This document shows positions 22,350 to 31,878 of a stretch of 64,000 nt of DNA, piece after piece. Origin of the DNA: an uncultured delta proteobacterium (GTDB lineage Bacteria > Desulfobacterota > Syntrophia > Syntrophales > Smithellaceae); the NCBI GenBank assembly GCA_963753975.1, contig CAVWEH010000002.1, positions 691,375-755,374 of the forward strand, read 5' to 3'. How positions within the stretch are numbered: the stretch's first letter is position 1; each line of letters opens with the position of its first letter. The notes below the pieces were generated by a model, which was given only the letters and a program-made list of their open reading frames with translations, was not told the DNA's origin and did no database searches. The position numbers and the translations under genes are program-made.

Positions 22350-22971
22350 ACGCTTCGTTGCACCTCTTGGTTGGGCTCAGTTTTCGTTCCCTAGAACCGC
22401 TCGTTCTGCGCTGATCCACAAAGACGTGTCTTCCTGCGCCAGAATCTTAATTATTAGGCTTCTCACGTCTTTCATGCTCTTCCTGTTTGTCAATGTTTTT
22501 GCCAGTTGCCACTGTCGGGATGCCTCCTGATGAGCGCCAATTACCTCAAGGGAGATGGCTAGTTTTCCTCTATCGATCCCTTCAGCAATGAGTTTCGCTT
22601 TTGTCAAGTCCCCGTAAGAAGATGCTAATTCTTTCAAAGCCAACACTTGGAATGGAAAAAAGAATGACGAATCAATATCCTTTGTATGTCCATCATTTTG
22701 AAATATCCTGAATCCATCATTGGCTTCTGCATCGACCACGTTCCATCTGTGGAATGCTGCCCTTATAATATCATTGTGGCGTGCTGCCCGTCCTGCAAGG
22801 AACTCTTGTTCCGTTTTTAGATCAATTCGTATAATCTCTTTATAAGTTGGACGCACATACATATGTAAAAGATTCATGAGGAGTGCTCCTATAGCCACGC
22901 CACCGATGAATATGCCACCCATCTTGAGTACTTTAATCGTGAGTTGTTTCATAATTCATTTTAGCCCCAAC
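22350..22971 (-). mobile_element. solo integron-type gene cassette (core site, ORF, left half of attC)
   Basis: Minus strand GTTGGGGC 11 nt before ATG; GCCCAAC directly after the TGA stop, followed by CAAGA-GGTGCAAC. Confidence 0.55.
22377..22952 (-). CDS. hypothetical membrane-anchored protein (cassette ORF)
   Basis: 191-aa ORF with N-terminal TM segment; no recognised family. Confidence 0.7.
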   Translation of the reverse strand: MKQLTIKVLKMGGIFIGGVAIGALLMNLLHMYVRPTYKEIIRIDLKTEQEFLAGRAARHNDIIRAAFHRWNVVDAEANDGFRIFQNDGHTKDIDSSFFFPFQVLALKELASSYGDLTKAKLIAEGIDRGKLAISLEVIGAHQEASRQWQLAKTLTNRKSMKDVRSLIIKILAQEDTSLWISAERAVLGNEN

Positions 22972-23225
22972 AATGTTTATATGTATCTTTAAAAACCTAG
23001 ACGCCGTATATTTGCTGTATATCAATACGAACTATAAAATTGTCGGTCTTGTATGTCAAATAAATATTGATTACTAATTGAAAGGAAGTATGTAAGCCAA
23101 AATTGCTGGATGCTTTGTTTCAGGAAGAAGTAGAGCCTACGAAGCTGCATCTTTTGATTAGAGCGATAATGAATTTTCAAGGGCAGATTAACAAATCCAA
23201 GGGATAAGTGGCCGGAACAAGTACT

Positions 23226-23558
23226 CTATATTCCCAAATTAGAGAGCGTTGTGCAGAAGGTATTGATAATCCCCACTAGCCTCGGATGAGATATTTCGAA
23301 GCCCTGAACCGATGAGGCCAAACCTTCAATCGACAAATTGAGGAGCGTCGGATTCTTTTCGCTTCGTGTGGCTTCGCGGGCTGATAATTCGGCAAATCCT
23401 ACGATGCTTTCCGCATGCTCATAATGAGTTTTGGAAAGGTCGGCAATTTCTGTCCTCAAGGTCATCAACAGGATCAATAACTCAGCTTTGTCACTCTCTT
23501 TGACCGCTGCGCTCTGCTTCAGCCTCTCTTCAATCTTGTCAAGATGATCCTGAATCAT
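23226..23558 (-). CDS. DUF4404-like protein
   Basis: C-terminal FEISHPRL...LSNLGI signature. Confidence 0.75.
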   Translation of the reverse strand: MIQDHLDKIEERLKQSAAVKESDKAELLILLMTLRTEIADLSKTHYEHAESIVGFAELSAREATRSEKNPTLLNLSIEGLASSVQGFEISHPRLVGIINTFCTTLSNLGI

Positions 23559-23925
23559 TTCCGTCCACCATTATTCGCCTTCATTCCAAATGTTCCCCGA
23601 ACCTCTCTGCCACATGGTTAAAAGCATACGATGGGTGGTTTTGCATGTCAATGAAAAACTAACCGCAAAATATAAGGTGTGATGCCGGTGTTTATCTTCG
23701 GGTGTGAATTGTGTTTATTACCAATTGAAGTCCTGTATTTTAATCGAGGCTGACGATTTGCTACTTTCAGAAAGAACTGTTTGCTGAAAACATCTGCTTA
23801 TCCACGCCCCCGATTCCATCAAAAGGTTATTCATTATTTATTGTATGCAATTATTTTGGCAATTATTTTGTCAAACATAATAAATAAATATAGCAGAAAG
23901 GGGAAAAACAAACCATAACCAGACA

Positions 23926-23963
23926 AAAAAGGAAGGGACAGGTTTTTGCCTGTCCCTTCCTTC
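23926..23963 (-). terminator. intrinsic terminator after the small exported protein
   Basis: AAGGAAGGGACAGG-TTTTTG-CCTGTCCCTTCCTT stem with an A-run on the left (U-tail on minus strand). Confidence 0.8.
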
Positions 23964-23987
23964 GGGCAAATAAAGTTCTTAATAAAC

Positions 23988-24203
23988 TTATTTTGCAGCT
24001 GGAGCTGCGGCAGGGGCTTCGGCGGCCTTTTCGGCTTTCTTCGCCTTCTTTACTTTCTTTACTTTCTTTACTTTCTTCACTGCTTTTTTCTCCGCCATTT
24101 TTGCGGGGGCGGCTGTTCCAGCGGCCATCGGTTTTTCAGCTGCCATAGCTGTGGTGCAAAATGCGAAAACCAATGCAACAACAAACAATACTAAACGTTT
24201 CAT
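23988..24203 (-). CDS. small exported Lys/Ala-rich protein
   Basis: Signal peptide ending AMA; KKAVKKVKKVKKVKKAKK repeat; GGAGG RBS. Confidence 0.8.
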   Translation of the reverse strand: MKRLVLFVVALVFAFCTTAMAAEKPMAAGTAAPAKMAEKKAVKKVKKVKKVKKAKKAEKAAEAPAAAPAAK

Positions 24204-24286
24204 CTTAAATCCTCCTTCTTAAATTATGTTTTATTTAATACCACCCTTAAAAATTAAGGGACCTCAAATTAATCCGGATAAATACC

Positions 24287-24697
24287 TCAATACCCCGATT
24301 TGTTCGCCGACGTGGATTTCTCCCCGACCGGTTTAACTTCTTTTTTCTTCGAGTTGACTTTTGCCACTCTGGCAGCGACTAATTTACCGCCTTGATTAAT
24401 ATAGGCTATTTTTACAGTATCGTTTACAGTAATATTTTCAGTTGGGTTCTCCAAGGCAAATTGCATTACTTCTGCATTGCCTCGTACTGTGCGTTCAATC
24501 TTAAGTGAGCAATCCGATATGTCAATGACTTTTCCCCTTGCATTCATCTTTGCCGATTTAACGACATTTGTTTTTGCCGGATCAACTTTGGTTGCATCAG
24601 TTGCGGACTTGTCGGCAGCAAACGCCAGAGCTGACAAAAGAAAAGCAACGCTAACTATATACACTAAAGTTTTCTTCATAGCTCTCAAGCTCCGCAA
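24287..24697 (-). CDS. exported hypothetical protein (OB-fold-like pattern); start likely 24679
   Basis: Signal peptide ending AFA; GKVIDIS...NDTVKIAY...VAARV. Confidence 0.7.
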   Translation of the reverse strand: MRSLRAMKKTLVYIVSVAFLLSALAFAADKSATDATKVDPAKTNVVKSAKMNARGKVIDISDCSLKIERTVRGNAEVMQFALENPTENITVNDTVKIAYINQGGKLVAARVAKVNSKKKEVKPVGEKSTSANKSGY

Positions 24698-24717
24698 TAT
24701 TCCTATTATTCTAATAT

Positions 24718-24733
24718 AGCAACTAATGTACCA
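24718..24733 (-). promoter_or_regulatory. sigma54 -24/-12 promoter
   Basis: Minus strand TGGTACATTAGTTGCT (GG-N10-GC); palindromes about 100 bp upstream (TGGGGA-ATAAG-TCCCCA, GTTGA-N8-TCAAC) are candidate activator sites. Confidence 0.65.
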
Positions 24734-24897
24734 TTCAAATCATTTATCATAAATAAGTGTATATAATTGAAATACTTAGATTAATTATTTTCAAAAAGAT
24801 AGTGGAAGCTACTTTTAAAGAAATTAGTGGGGAATAAGTCCCCAGATGTTGAGGATTTAATCAACAGTCAAAGAACTGAAAAGAGCGTTTTAATATC

Positions 24898-25104
24898 ATT
24901 TTTAAAGCAAAGATGATATTTACGCGTCAAGGAGGAACGGCTGGATGGAGCGATCATTACTTCATTCAAGGTTCACAGTCTTGAAGAAATTATGAACGTT
25001 CTGAAGGTCTGTTTGCCTCGTATCAAGATCATCCAATCTGAAGAGCTTAAAATATCTTCCTAGAAAATATGAAGACATGCATCTCTTGGCAGAAAGAATC
25101 CTGA
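24898..25104 (+). pseudogene. C-terminal remnant of a WYL/WCX-domain protein
   Basis: Shifted-frame fragments IFKAKMIFTRQ / KEERLDGAIITSFKVHSLEEIMNVLKVCLPRIKIIQSEELK / IFLENMKTCISWQKES*; no start codon. Confidence 0.5.
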
Positions 25105-25270
25105 TCATAAGATTTCAAGGTGATCGTCATTGATTTCCAATCGAAAGGATGTATACTTGCCAAAATCACTCGATGATTGACTTCAGGAGGAAGTGCTTGC
25201 TGACTACACCTACGACTGTTCATCGTTGGCTGCAATGATAAATCTTAAATTACAAATTTTTATTTAGTAG

Positions 25271-25363
25271 AAAAAAACATCAAAAAAAATCAAAAGGGGT
25301 AACTATAGGGTAGCAGAGAGAAAAATAAAGGGCTAGGCGATTTGTCTAACCCCTTGATATATT
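25271..25363. mobile_element. att-arm-like scar adjoining the tRNA-Lys 3' end
   Basis: IHF consensus TATCAAGGGGTTA (minus, 25347-25359); 11-bp direct repeats GGGTAACTATA/GGGTAGCAGAG (25297-25318); 10-bp-period A-tract repeats. Confidence 0.45.
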
Positions 25364-25439
25364 TGGTGAGCCCTGTCGGGATCGAACCGACAACCTACTG
25401 ATTAAGAGTCAGTTGCTCTACCAGCTGAGCTAAGGGCCC
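25364..25439 (-). tRNA. tRNA-Lys(CTT)
   Basis: GGGCCCTTAGCTCAGCTGGTAGAGC...CT-CTT-AA...GGTTCGATCC...CACCA, 76 nt. Confidence 0.97.
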
Positions 25440-25568
25440 TAAGGACTGTTGAAAAAAGTCCATGCTGCCTGCGTTACCCTCAATATTCGTCGTTGCGACG
25501 TACATTTAGTACGACTCACTCCTCATATTTTCGGGTGCCTTGCATCTGGCTTTTTTGAACAGTCCTTA
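25440..25568. mobile_element. MITE-like element with 19-bp terminal inverted repeats
   Basis: TAAGGACTGTTGAAAAAAG ... CTTTTTTGAACAGTCCTTA (18/19 match); 129 bp; no real ORF. Confidence 0.75.
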
Positions 25569-25605
25569 TTAAATTGGATTAAAAAACAACCCAATATATT
25601 CTTTC

Positions 25606-25682
25606 TGGTACGCCCGGTAGGATTCGAACCTACGACCAACAGATTCGAAGTCTGCGACTCTATCCAGCTGAGCTACGGGCGC
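25606..25682 (-). tRNA. tRNA-Arg(TCG)
   Basis: GCGCCCGTAGCTCAGCTGGATAGAG...CT-TCG-AA...TACCA, 77 nt. Confidence 0.97.
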
Positions 25683-25702
25683 TTATTTTCCAATCCAAAA
25701 TA

Positions 25703-25780
25703 TGGGGTGAGTGAAGGGACTTGAACCCTCGGCCTCCGGGGCCACAACCCGGCACTCTAACCAATTGAGCTACACCCACC
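25703..25780 (-). tRNA. tRNA-His(GTG), including G-1
   Basis: GGTGGGTGTAGCTCAATTGG...TT-GTG-GC...CCCCA. Confidence 0.96.
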
Positions 25781-25790
25781 ATTTTCGCCT

Positions 25791-25867
<77 letters not shown>

Positions 25868-25956
25868 AAATATTAAATCCTGTGCACTAAAAAAGAGTTA
25901 GCCTAATATCCTCTCTGCTATTTTTTGTCAAGATCAAATGCTGAAGGAATCATGAA

Positions 25957-27699
25957 TTATCTGACATAACCGGCAATACCATCAAACCTGTATCCGTTTC
26001 TTCTAACATTTCCTCCTTTCGGATCCGTTGTATAAAAATAACTGCCCGCTTGCCGAATTAAACCAACGATAAAGTTCTCTGGTATTGGTCATTCGGGATG
26101 TGGCAATGTTGCCTAATGATCCTTCAAACACATACCCCTGCAGATTTTTCCCGCCTCCGGCTAAGATCATAATGATAAAAATGATCATTTTTTTGTGGAT
26201 TATACCAGCGATAAAAACTCGTTGTCCCCGGCGTTTCCGGGGCAAATAGCCGGAAAGCAATTCCGTCTTTAGTATAACCATTTCTGATTGATCGTTTCCG
26301 TTTCTGCCTGAGGATTGGCTGTAAATAGATAATCCAATCCTTTAGAATACCGAAAAATATCAATAGCCTGTGGTACACTATCGGGTATCACTTCTACAAA
26401 TACTTCGACCATTCCGTCCCCACCATTGGAATTAAATATGATATTATCCCCATAATACCCCGGCATCATCTGCCCGGCATTTAAAGTAACAGTAAGATAA
26501 TTAGTTTGACTGGTTATCGTTCCGGAATTAGGCACTATTGTTATTCTGCCGGCAGGTATACGAATCACACTTTTTCCCAATATCTTTACGCCCTCGAATA
26601 CTAAACGGTTGTCATTACTGGCAATTGTAAGAACATGAGGACCGTCAACCAGCCCTTCTGCAACCGGCAATTCCCCTTTTTTCTCTTTTAGATCGTTAAC
26701 CCATCTATGATTACTAATTAATTGTTCATCAAGATATATAATTAAATTACTATTGTCCGGATAAGTTACCAGATAAAGGATTATTCCCGTTCCGTTAAAA
26801 CGGAGCTTAATGGAGCTTTCGCCTTCCGTACTCGAGGGGTATCCGTCATTTACAGTCCATCTGCCCATCAAGTCCATTACTTCTTTTAGATGCCCGGGCA
26901 CAGTATAAATCCCCCCGTCCGGAATTTCATCATTGACAAAAGATATATACCGGCCTTTTTTGAAGTTTGCCGGGTTTTCACCACGTTTAGGTTTTTGTAG
27001 CGTTACCGACCAAGTTAACATTTCCTTACCCTTATTGGTCACCTTTATCTTTTTGGAAACGGTTTTCCCCGGCGAAATACTGCCCATATCCATTCTCAAG
27101 GGATTTAAATTAATCAAAGCAGATTCCTGGGTAGAAACTATGGAAAAAGTGACAAAGATCGTTCTTAGCCCGCCTGTAGAATTAATTTTAATTGCTTCTT
27201 TATACGTTCCAGCAGACAAATTCTTACTGCAGATAAGTCTCCCATTTTCGGCTTCTAGTTTCATTTCTACGTTGTAAAGTGCAATATCTGACCTATTATT
27301 ATCGTTCAACAAAGATTCACCCGGCAGTATCCGGATTTCAATGTGTAAATAATCTACTTTTTTTTCCACTACGCCTGTTAACGGTGCACCTTCCGACGCG
27401 ATCCAGCCTTCCGGCCCGTTTGTTGACCAGTTTAAAATGCCGGCTCCCATATTCTTTAATGTAAATGATCCGGCACCGGCTTCATCCGGAATTATTTTTC
27501 CCAGATTAAATTCCCGCGGTGTTATTGACAAAACCGGGCGCAAAAAATCTTCAGTATTATTTCCAGGATTTTTGCCGTTGAGCTCATTTTGTTTAATAAC
27601 AGATTGATTTCCGCCGGCATTATCTTGGGCAGTTACGGTAAGGGGGAAAATTGTCAGCGCAATAACAATGAAAATAAAATATTTTTTTATCGAAATCAT
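25957..27699 (-). CDS. exported multi-domain protein: Ig-like/BACON-type domains plus C-terminal DUF5648-like repeats (frameshifted 3' part)
   Basis: Signal peptide; LKNMGAGILNW and VTNKGKEMLTW Ig-like starts; fragments FYRWYNPQKNDHFY, GYVFEG, LYRWFN, GYRFDGIAGYVR* continue to TAA at 25957. Confidence 0.7.
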
Positions 27700-27980
27700 A
27701 AATACCCCTCAAAAATGGCTGATTGACTACTAACTCAAAGATGAAATTTAAGCAACTATTTTGAAGCTCAAAGTAGCCAGATCGGGACTGTCATTAATGT
27801 TTAGGGTGAAGTCCGGTTGCAATTAGTTTATTTATCTTTCTATTATCATTATATTAAAATAGGTATCTTGTTCAAAATGCTTGACACGACTTACAAACAA
27901 GATGTAACTTGCCAGCAATTTTTCATGATAATATTTCGAAAGCGTAGAGTTTTGCTAATTATGTTTCCGATAAAGCAATT

Positions 27981-29099
27981 ATGAATTACGATACCTTAAA
28001 ATATTGGCTTGCTTTAAAATCCATTGCCGGAATCGGCAACATTGCCTTTACGGCCTTGGTGGATAAGTTTGGTTCGCCACCTTCTATTTTCAAAACTCCC
28101 GCTTCCAAGTTAACACAAATCAATGGAATTACAAAAAAAATGGCTGCTGATATCAATAACTTCGGAACTTGGGACAAAATCAACGACGACCTTGAGTTCC
28201 TGAATAAAAACAAAATTAATATAATCACTTATCAAGACGACTATTACCCGGCAAAACTCATAAATATTTATGACCGTCCTCCTTTTCTTTATGTTCGGGG
28301 AGCTCTCACGAAAGATGATATAAATATTGCCATAGTCGGATCCAGAATGGCCAGCACCTACGGCAAATATACGACGGAAAAGATTAGCCGTGAGCTTGCC
28401 CGCAAAGGCCTAACTATAGTCAGCGGTTTAGCCCGGGGAATTGATTCCGCGGCTCACCGTGGAGCACTTGCTGTCCAGGGCAGAACAATAGCCGTTTTGG
28501 GCAGTGGACTGGATGTTGTTTATCCGCCGGAAAACAAAAAATTATTTGCTGATATCATTCAAACCGGTGCTGTCATTTCCGAATTCCCTCTGGGCACACC
28601 GCCGCGGTCAGCTAATTTCCCGGCTCGTAATCGTATCATCAGTGGAATATCCTACGGTGTCCTGGTGGTAGAGGCAGGAGAAAAAAGCGGCTCTCTCATT
28701 ACAGCGAGGTTTGCTTTAGAACAAGGAAGGGAAGTCTTTGCCGTACCCGGCAGCATTGATGCCGCAAGTTCGCGGGGAACCAACAAATTGATCAAACAAG
28801 GAGCCAAATTAATTGAAAATGCCGATGATATTATAGAGGAAATATGGCCCCAACTGGAGAAAAAACCATTCCCTACAACTTCAGCCCCCACTCAACAAAC
28901 AAAAAAAGTTGAGAAAAATGAAAATTTAAACCTTATTGAGCTACAGATTATTGATCTTATCTCCGGTAAACATATTCATGTTGATGAGCTTATTTCTACT
29001 TCCGGGTTATCGCCTGCTGACATTTTAAGTACCCTGATGACCTTGGAATTAAAAGGAATTGTTAAACAGTATCCGGGAAAATTTTTTTCCTTGGCTTAA
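27981..29099 (+). CDS. dprA: DNA-processing protein DprA
   Basis: AIVGSR, VSGLARGID, FPARNRIISG, EAGEKSGSLITA. Confidence 0.95.
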   Translation: MNYDTLKYWLALKSIAGIGNIAFTALVDKFGSPPSIFKTPASKLTQINGITKKMAADINNFGTWDKINDDLEFLNKNKINIITYQDDYYPAKLINIYDRPPFLYVRGALTKDDINIAIVGSRMASTYGKYTTEKISRELARKGLTIVSGLARGIDSAAHRGALAVQGRTIAVLGSGLDVVYPPENKKLFADIIQTGAVISEFPLGTPPRSANFPARNRIISGISYGVLVVEAGEKSGSLITARFALEQGREVFAVPGSIDAASSRGTNKLIKQGAKLIENADDIIEEIWPQLEKKPFPTTSAPTQQTKKVEKNENLNLIELQIIDLISGKHIHVDELISTSGLSPADILSTLMTLELKGIVKQYPGKFFSLA

Positions 29100-29103
29100 T
29101 CGC

Positions 29104-29404
29104 GGAACTGAACTGCAAATCTCGTTTTGGATTCAGTTCCTCCGCTTTGCGGGATGACCCCCAATTCGACCGTCAAGCTTCGGCGGCAGTGACCTTCAGG
29201 TTATTAGGTTATAAGCTTCTCCCGGTATTCGTAACCTAAAGGTCATCATGATCGGGGCTTCGCTTTCGGAATTGGAGTTTCACAAATAAAAAGCTTTACA
29301 AATTCAAGTCTGTCATTTATAGGGTGCGGCGAAATCGCGGGAACCGCAAAGTAAGCTTCGGAAACCAATTCCGATACGCTTACCTTTCGGAATTGGAGTT
29401 TCAC
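29104..29404 (+). repeat. multi-hairpin REP-like composite repeat upstream of topA
   Basis: Stems GGAACTGAA/TTCAGTTCC and TGACCTTcAGGTTA/TAACCTaAAGGTCA; two copies of CTTTCGGAATTGGAGTTTCAC; TCCGCTTTGCGGGAT. Confidence 0.65.
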
Positions 29405-29420
29405 GAATAAAGGAGAGGTT

Positions 29421-31757
29421 ATGGCAAATTCTCTGGTAGTGGTGGAATCACCCACAAAAGTTAAAACGATTAAAAAATTTCTGGGCTCTGATTTTAATGT
29501 CGTTGCTTCGATGGGACATATTAAGGATCTGCCGAAAAGCGTTTTGGGCATTGATCTGGATAAGAATTTCGAGCCGACATATAATATAATTGAAACCAAG
29601 AAAAAGACAATTGATGAGTTAAAAAAAGCCGCCAAAACTGCAGAGAATATTTACCTTGCCCCCGATCCCGACCGTGAAGGTGAAGCAATCGCCTGGCATA
29701 TTGCGGAAGTAGTTAATGCTAAAGATAAGAACATTTACCGCGTACTGTTTAACGATCTCACCAAAAAAACGGTTTTAGAAGCAATCAAAAATCCCTCGGA
29801 GTTGGATTTCAATAAATACGAGGCACAGCAAACCCGCCGTATTCTCGATCGTCTGGTTGGTTATCAGATAAGCCCCATTCTCTGGGATAAAGTAAAAAGA
29901 GGATTGAGCGCTGGACGTGTCCAATCAGTCGCGGTGAGGATGATTTGCGAAAGAGAAGACGAAATAAATAAATTCGTTCCTGAAGAATATTGGAATCTTC
30001 TGGCGCAATTTGAGGGAGAGAACCCTCCGCCTTTTGAAGCGAAATTAATCAAGGTCGACGGGAAAAAAGCAAAAGTTGTCAGTGGCGAACAAGCTAATCG
30101 ACTGGCCGATACATTAAAAAAATCGTCTTTTATTGTCGAGAAGCTGGAGAAAAAGGAGATAAAACGTTCATCGCCGCCGCCTTTCACTACCAGCAAGTTA
30201 CAGCAGGAAGCATCACGCTGGTTTAGGTTTTCAGCAAAAAAGACAATGATGGTTGCCCAAAAATTATATGAAGGTATCGAATTGGGTAGCGAAGGCTCTG
30301 TGGGCCTGATCACATATATGAGAACCGACTCGTTCCGCATTGCCGAAGAAGCGCTTAAAGAGGTGCGCGATTATATCCAGGAAAATTATTCGCCTGATTA
30401 CCTGCCGGATAAACCCCACTTTTTTAAAAATTCGCAAAAAGCCCAAGATGCCCATGAAGCAATCCGACCATCCAGCATGTCTCACAAACCGCAAGCCATT
30501 AAAGATTATTTATCCAATGATGAGTTCAGGCTTTATCAACTTATTTGGAACCGCTTTACTGCCAGTCAAATGAATCCGGCTATTTTCGATCAAACAACTA
30601 TTGATATTGCCGGTGCTAATTGTCTCTTTCGAGCGCAGGGACAGGTATTGAAGTTTCCGGGTTTTACGATTGTCTATACCGAAGGCAAAGATGAAAAGGA
30701 AGAAGACAGCGAGCTAGGAAAAATGCTGCCGGAAGTTAAAGAAGCCGAACAAATGAAGCTGCTTAAATTAAATACGGAACAAAAGTTCACCCAGCCGCCG
30801 CCACGTTTTTCGGAAGCATCATTGGTGCGTGAACTGGAAGAGAAGGGAATAGGACGGCCAAGCACTTACGCCAATATTCTCTCCACCATTAAGGATCGGG
30901 AGTATGTGCATCTGGAAAAAGGCAAATTCTTTCCAACAGAAATGGGCAAGGTTGTCACCGAGCTTTTAGTCCAAAGCTTTCCGACGGTTCTGGACATCGC
31001 TTTTACCGCCGACATGGAAAACAAACTGGATATGGTTGAAGATGGTTCCAGTCAGCGAGTGAAAATCCTTAAAGACTTTTACAACCCTTTTGCTGAAGAA
31101 TTGAAAAAAGCAAAAGATGAGATGCGCAACGTCAAGACGGAAGAGACTCCGACCGACTTGGTTTGCGAAAAATGCAATTCGCCCATGGTGATCAAATGGG
31201 GGAAAAACGGAAGATTTCTTTGTTGTTCCAATTATCCCGAATGTAATAACACGATGAATTTCACACACGATGAAAATGGCAAGGTAAAACACGTGGAAAA
31301 ACAAAAAACAGATATTAAATGCAGCAAATGCGGTAAAGACATGCTGGTCAAAGAGGGCCGTTTCGGACAGTTTCTGGCCTGTTCGGGCTATCCGGAATGT
31401 AAGAATACCATGACCGCGACAAAAAACGAGAATGGCGAAATCGTCGCGCAGGAAGCGCCGACAACTGACGAAGTTTGCGAATTGTGCAGCAAGCCGATGA
31501 CCGTCAAGCGCGGTCGCTATGGTCAATTTCTGGGTTGTACCGGTTATCCCGAATGCAAAAATATCAAAAAGATGGGTAAGGACGGCAAGGTGGCAACGCA
31601 GGAATCTGAAGTAACAGAAGAAGTCTGCGAAAATTGCGGCAAGCCGATGGCGATCAAGCGCGGCCGCTATGGCCAGTTCTTGGGATGCACTGGTTATCCC
31701 GAATGTAAAACCATCAAAAAAATACCTAAAAATAAATCGAGCGAACCACAGGTATGA
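29421..31757 (+). CDS. topA: DNA topoisomerase I with four C4 zinc ribbons
   Basis: VVESPTK, DPDREGE, SAGRVQS, ITYMRTD, GIGRPSTY. Confidence 0.97.
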   Translation: MANSLVVVESPTKVKTIKKFLGSDFNVVASMGHIKDLPKSVLGIDLDKNFEPTYNIIETKKKTIDELKKAAKTAENIYLAPDPDREGEAIAWHIAEVVNAKDKNIYRVLFNDLTKKTVLEAIKNPSELDFNKYEAQQTRRILDRLVGYQISPILWDKVKRGLSAGRVQSVAVRMICEREDEINKFVPEEYWNLLAQFEGENPPPFEAKLIKVDGKKAKVVSGEQANRLADTLKKSSFIVEKLEKKEIKRSSPPPFTTSKLQQEASRWFRFSAKKTMMVAQKLYEGIELGSEGSVGLITYMRTDSFRIAEEALKEVRDYIQENYSPDYLPDKPHFFKNSQKAQDAHEAIRPSSMSHKPQAIKDYLSNDEFRLYQLIWNRFTASQMNPAIFDQTTIDIAGANCLFRAQGQVLKFPGFTIVYTEGKDEKEEDSELGKMLPEVKEAEQMKLLKLNTEQKFTQPPPRFSEASLVRELEEKGIGRPSTYANILSTIKDREYVHLEKGKFFPTEMGKVVTELLVQSFPTVLDIAFTADMENKLDMVEDGSSQRVKILKDFYNPFAEELKKAKDEMRNVKTEETPTDLVCEKCNSPMVIKWGKNGRFLCCSNYPECNNTMNFTHDENGKVKHVEKQKTDIKCSKCGKDMLVKEGRFGQFLACSGYPECKNTMTATKNENGEIVAQEAPTTDEVCELCSKPMTVKRGRYGQFLGCTGYPECKNIKKMGKDGKVATQESEVTEEVCENCGKPMAIKRGRYGQFLGCTGYPECKTIKKIPKNKSSEPQV

Positions 31758-31758
31758 T

Positions 31759-31876
31759 CTCCAAAGCAAGTTTTGGAGAAATTTCACAGCAATCTGCTGT
31801 TATCATACCTTCCGCTTTGCGGGATAGTTCAACTTAACAATTCCAATACGCTTCGCTTTTGTAATTGGAGTTTCAC
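31759..31876 (+). repeat. related REP-like composite repeat downstream of topA
   Basis: CTCCAAA/TTTTGGAG hairpin, TCCGCTTTGCGGGAT (31811-31825), CAATTCCAATACGCTTCGCTTTTGTAATTGGAGTTTCAC. Confidence 0.65.
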
Positions 31877-31878
31877 AT

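Noticed and set aside
23080..23210. Startless frame KLLDALFQEEVEPTKLHLLIRAIMNFQGQINKSKG*
   Set aside because: Possible gene remnant but not assignable to any family.
25606..25682. tRNA-Arg(TCG) as an anomaly
   Set aside because: Absent from E. coli but present in many other bacteria.
25449..25724. 91-aa ORF across the MITE and tRNAs
   Set aside because: Antisense to tRNA genes; not protein-like.
29104..29404. CRISPR array
   Set aside because: Only two or three degenerate copies with irregular spacing and no cas genes.
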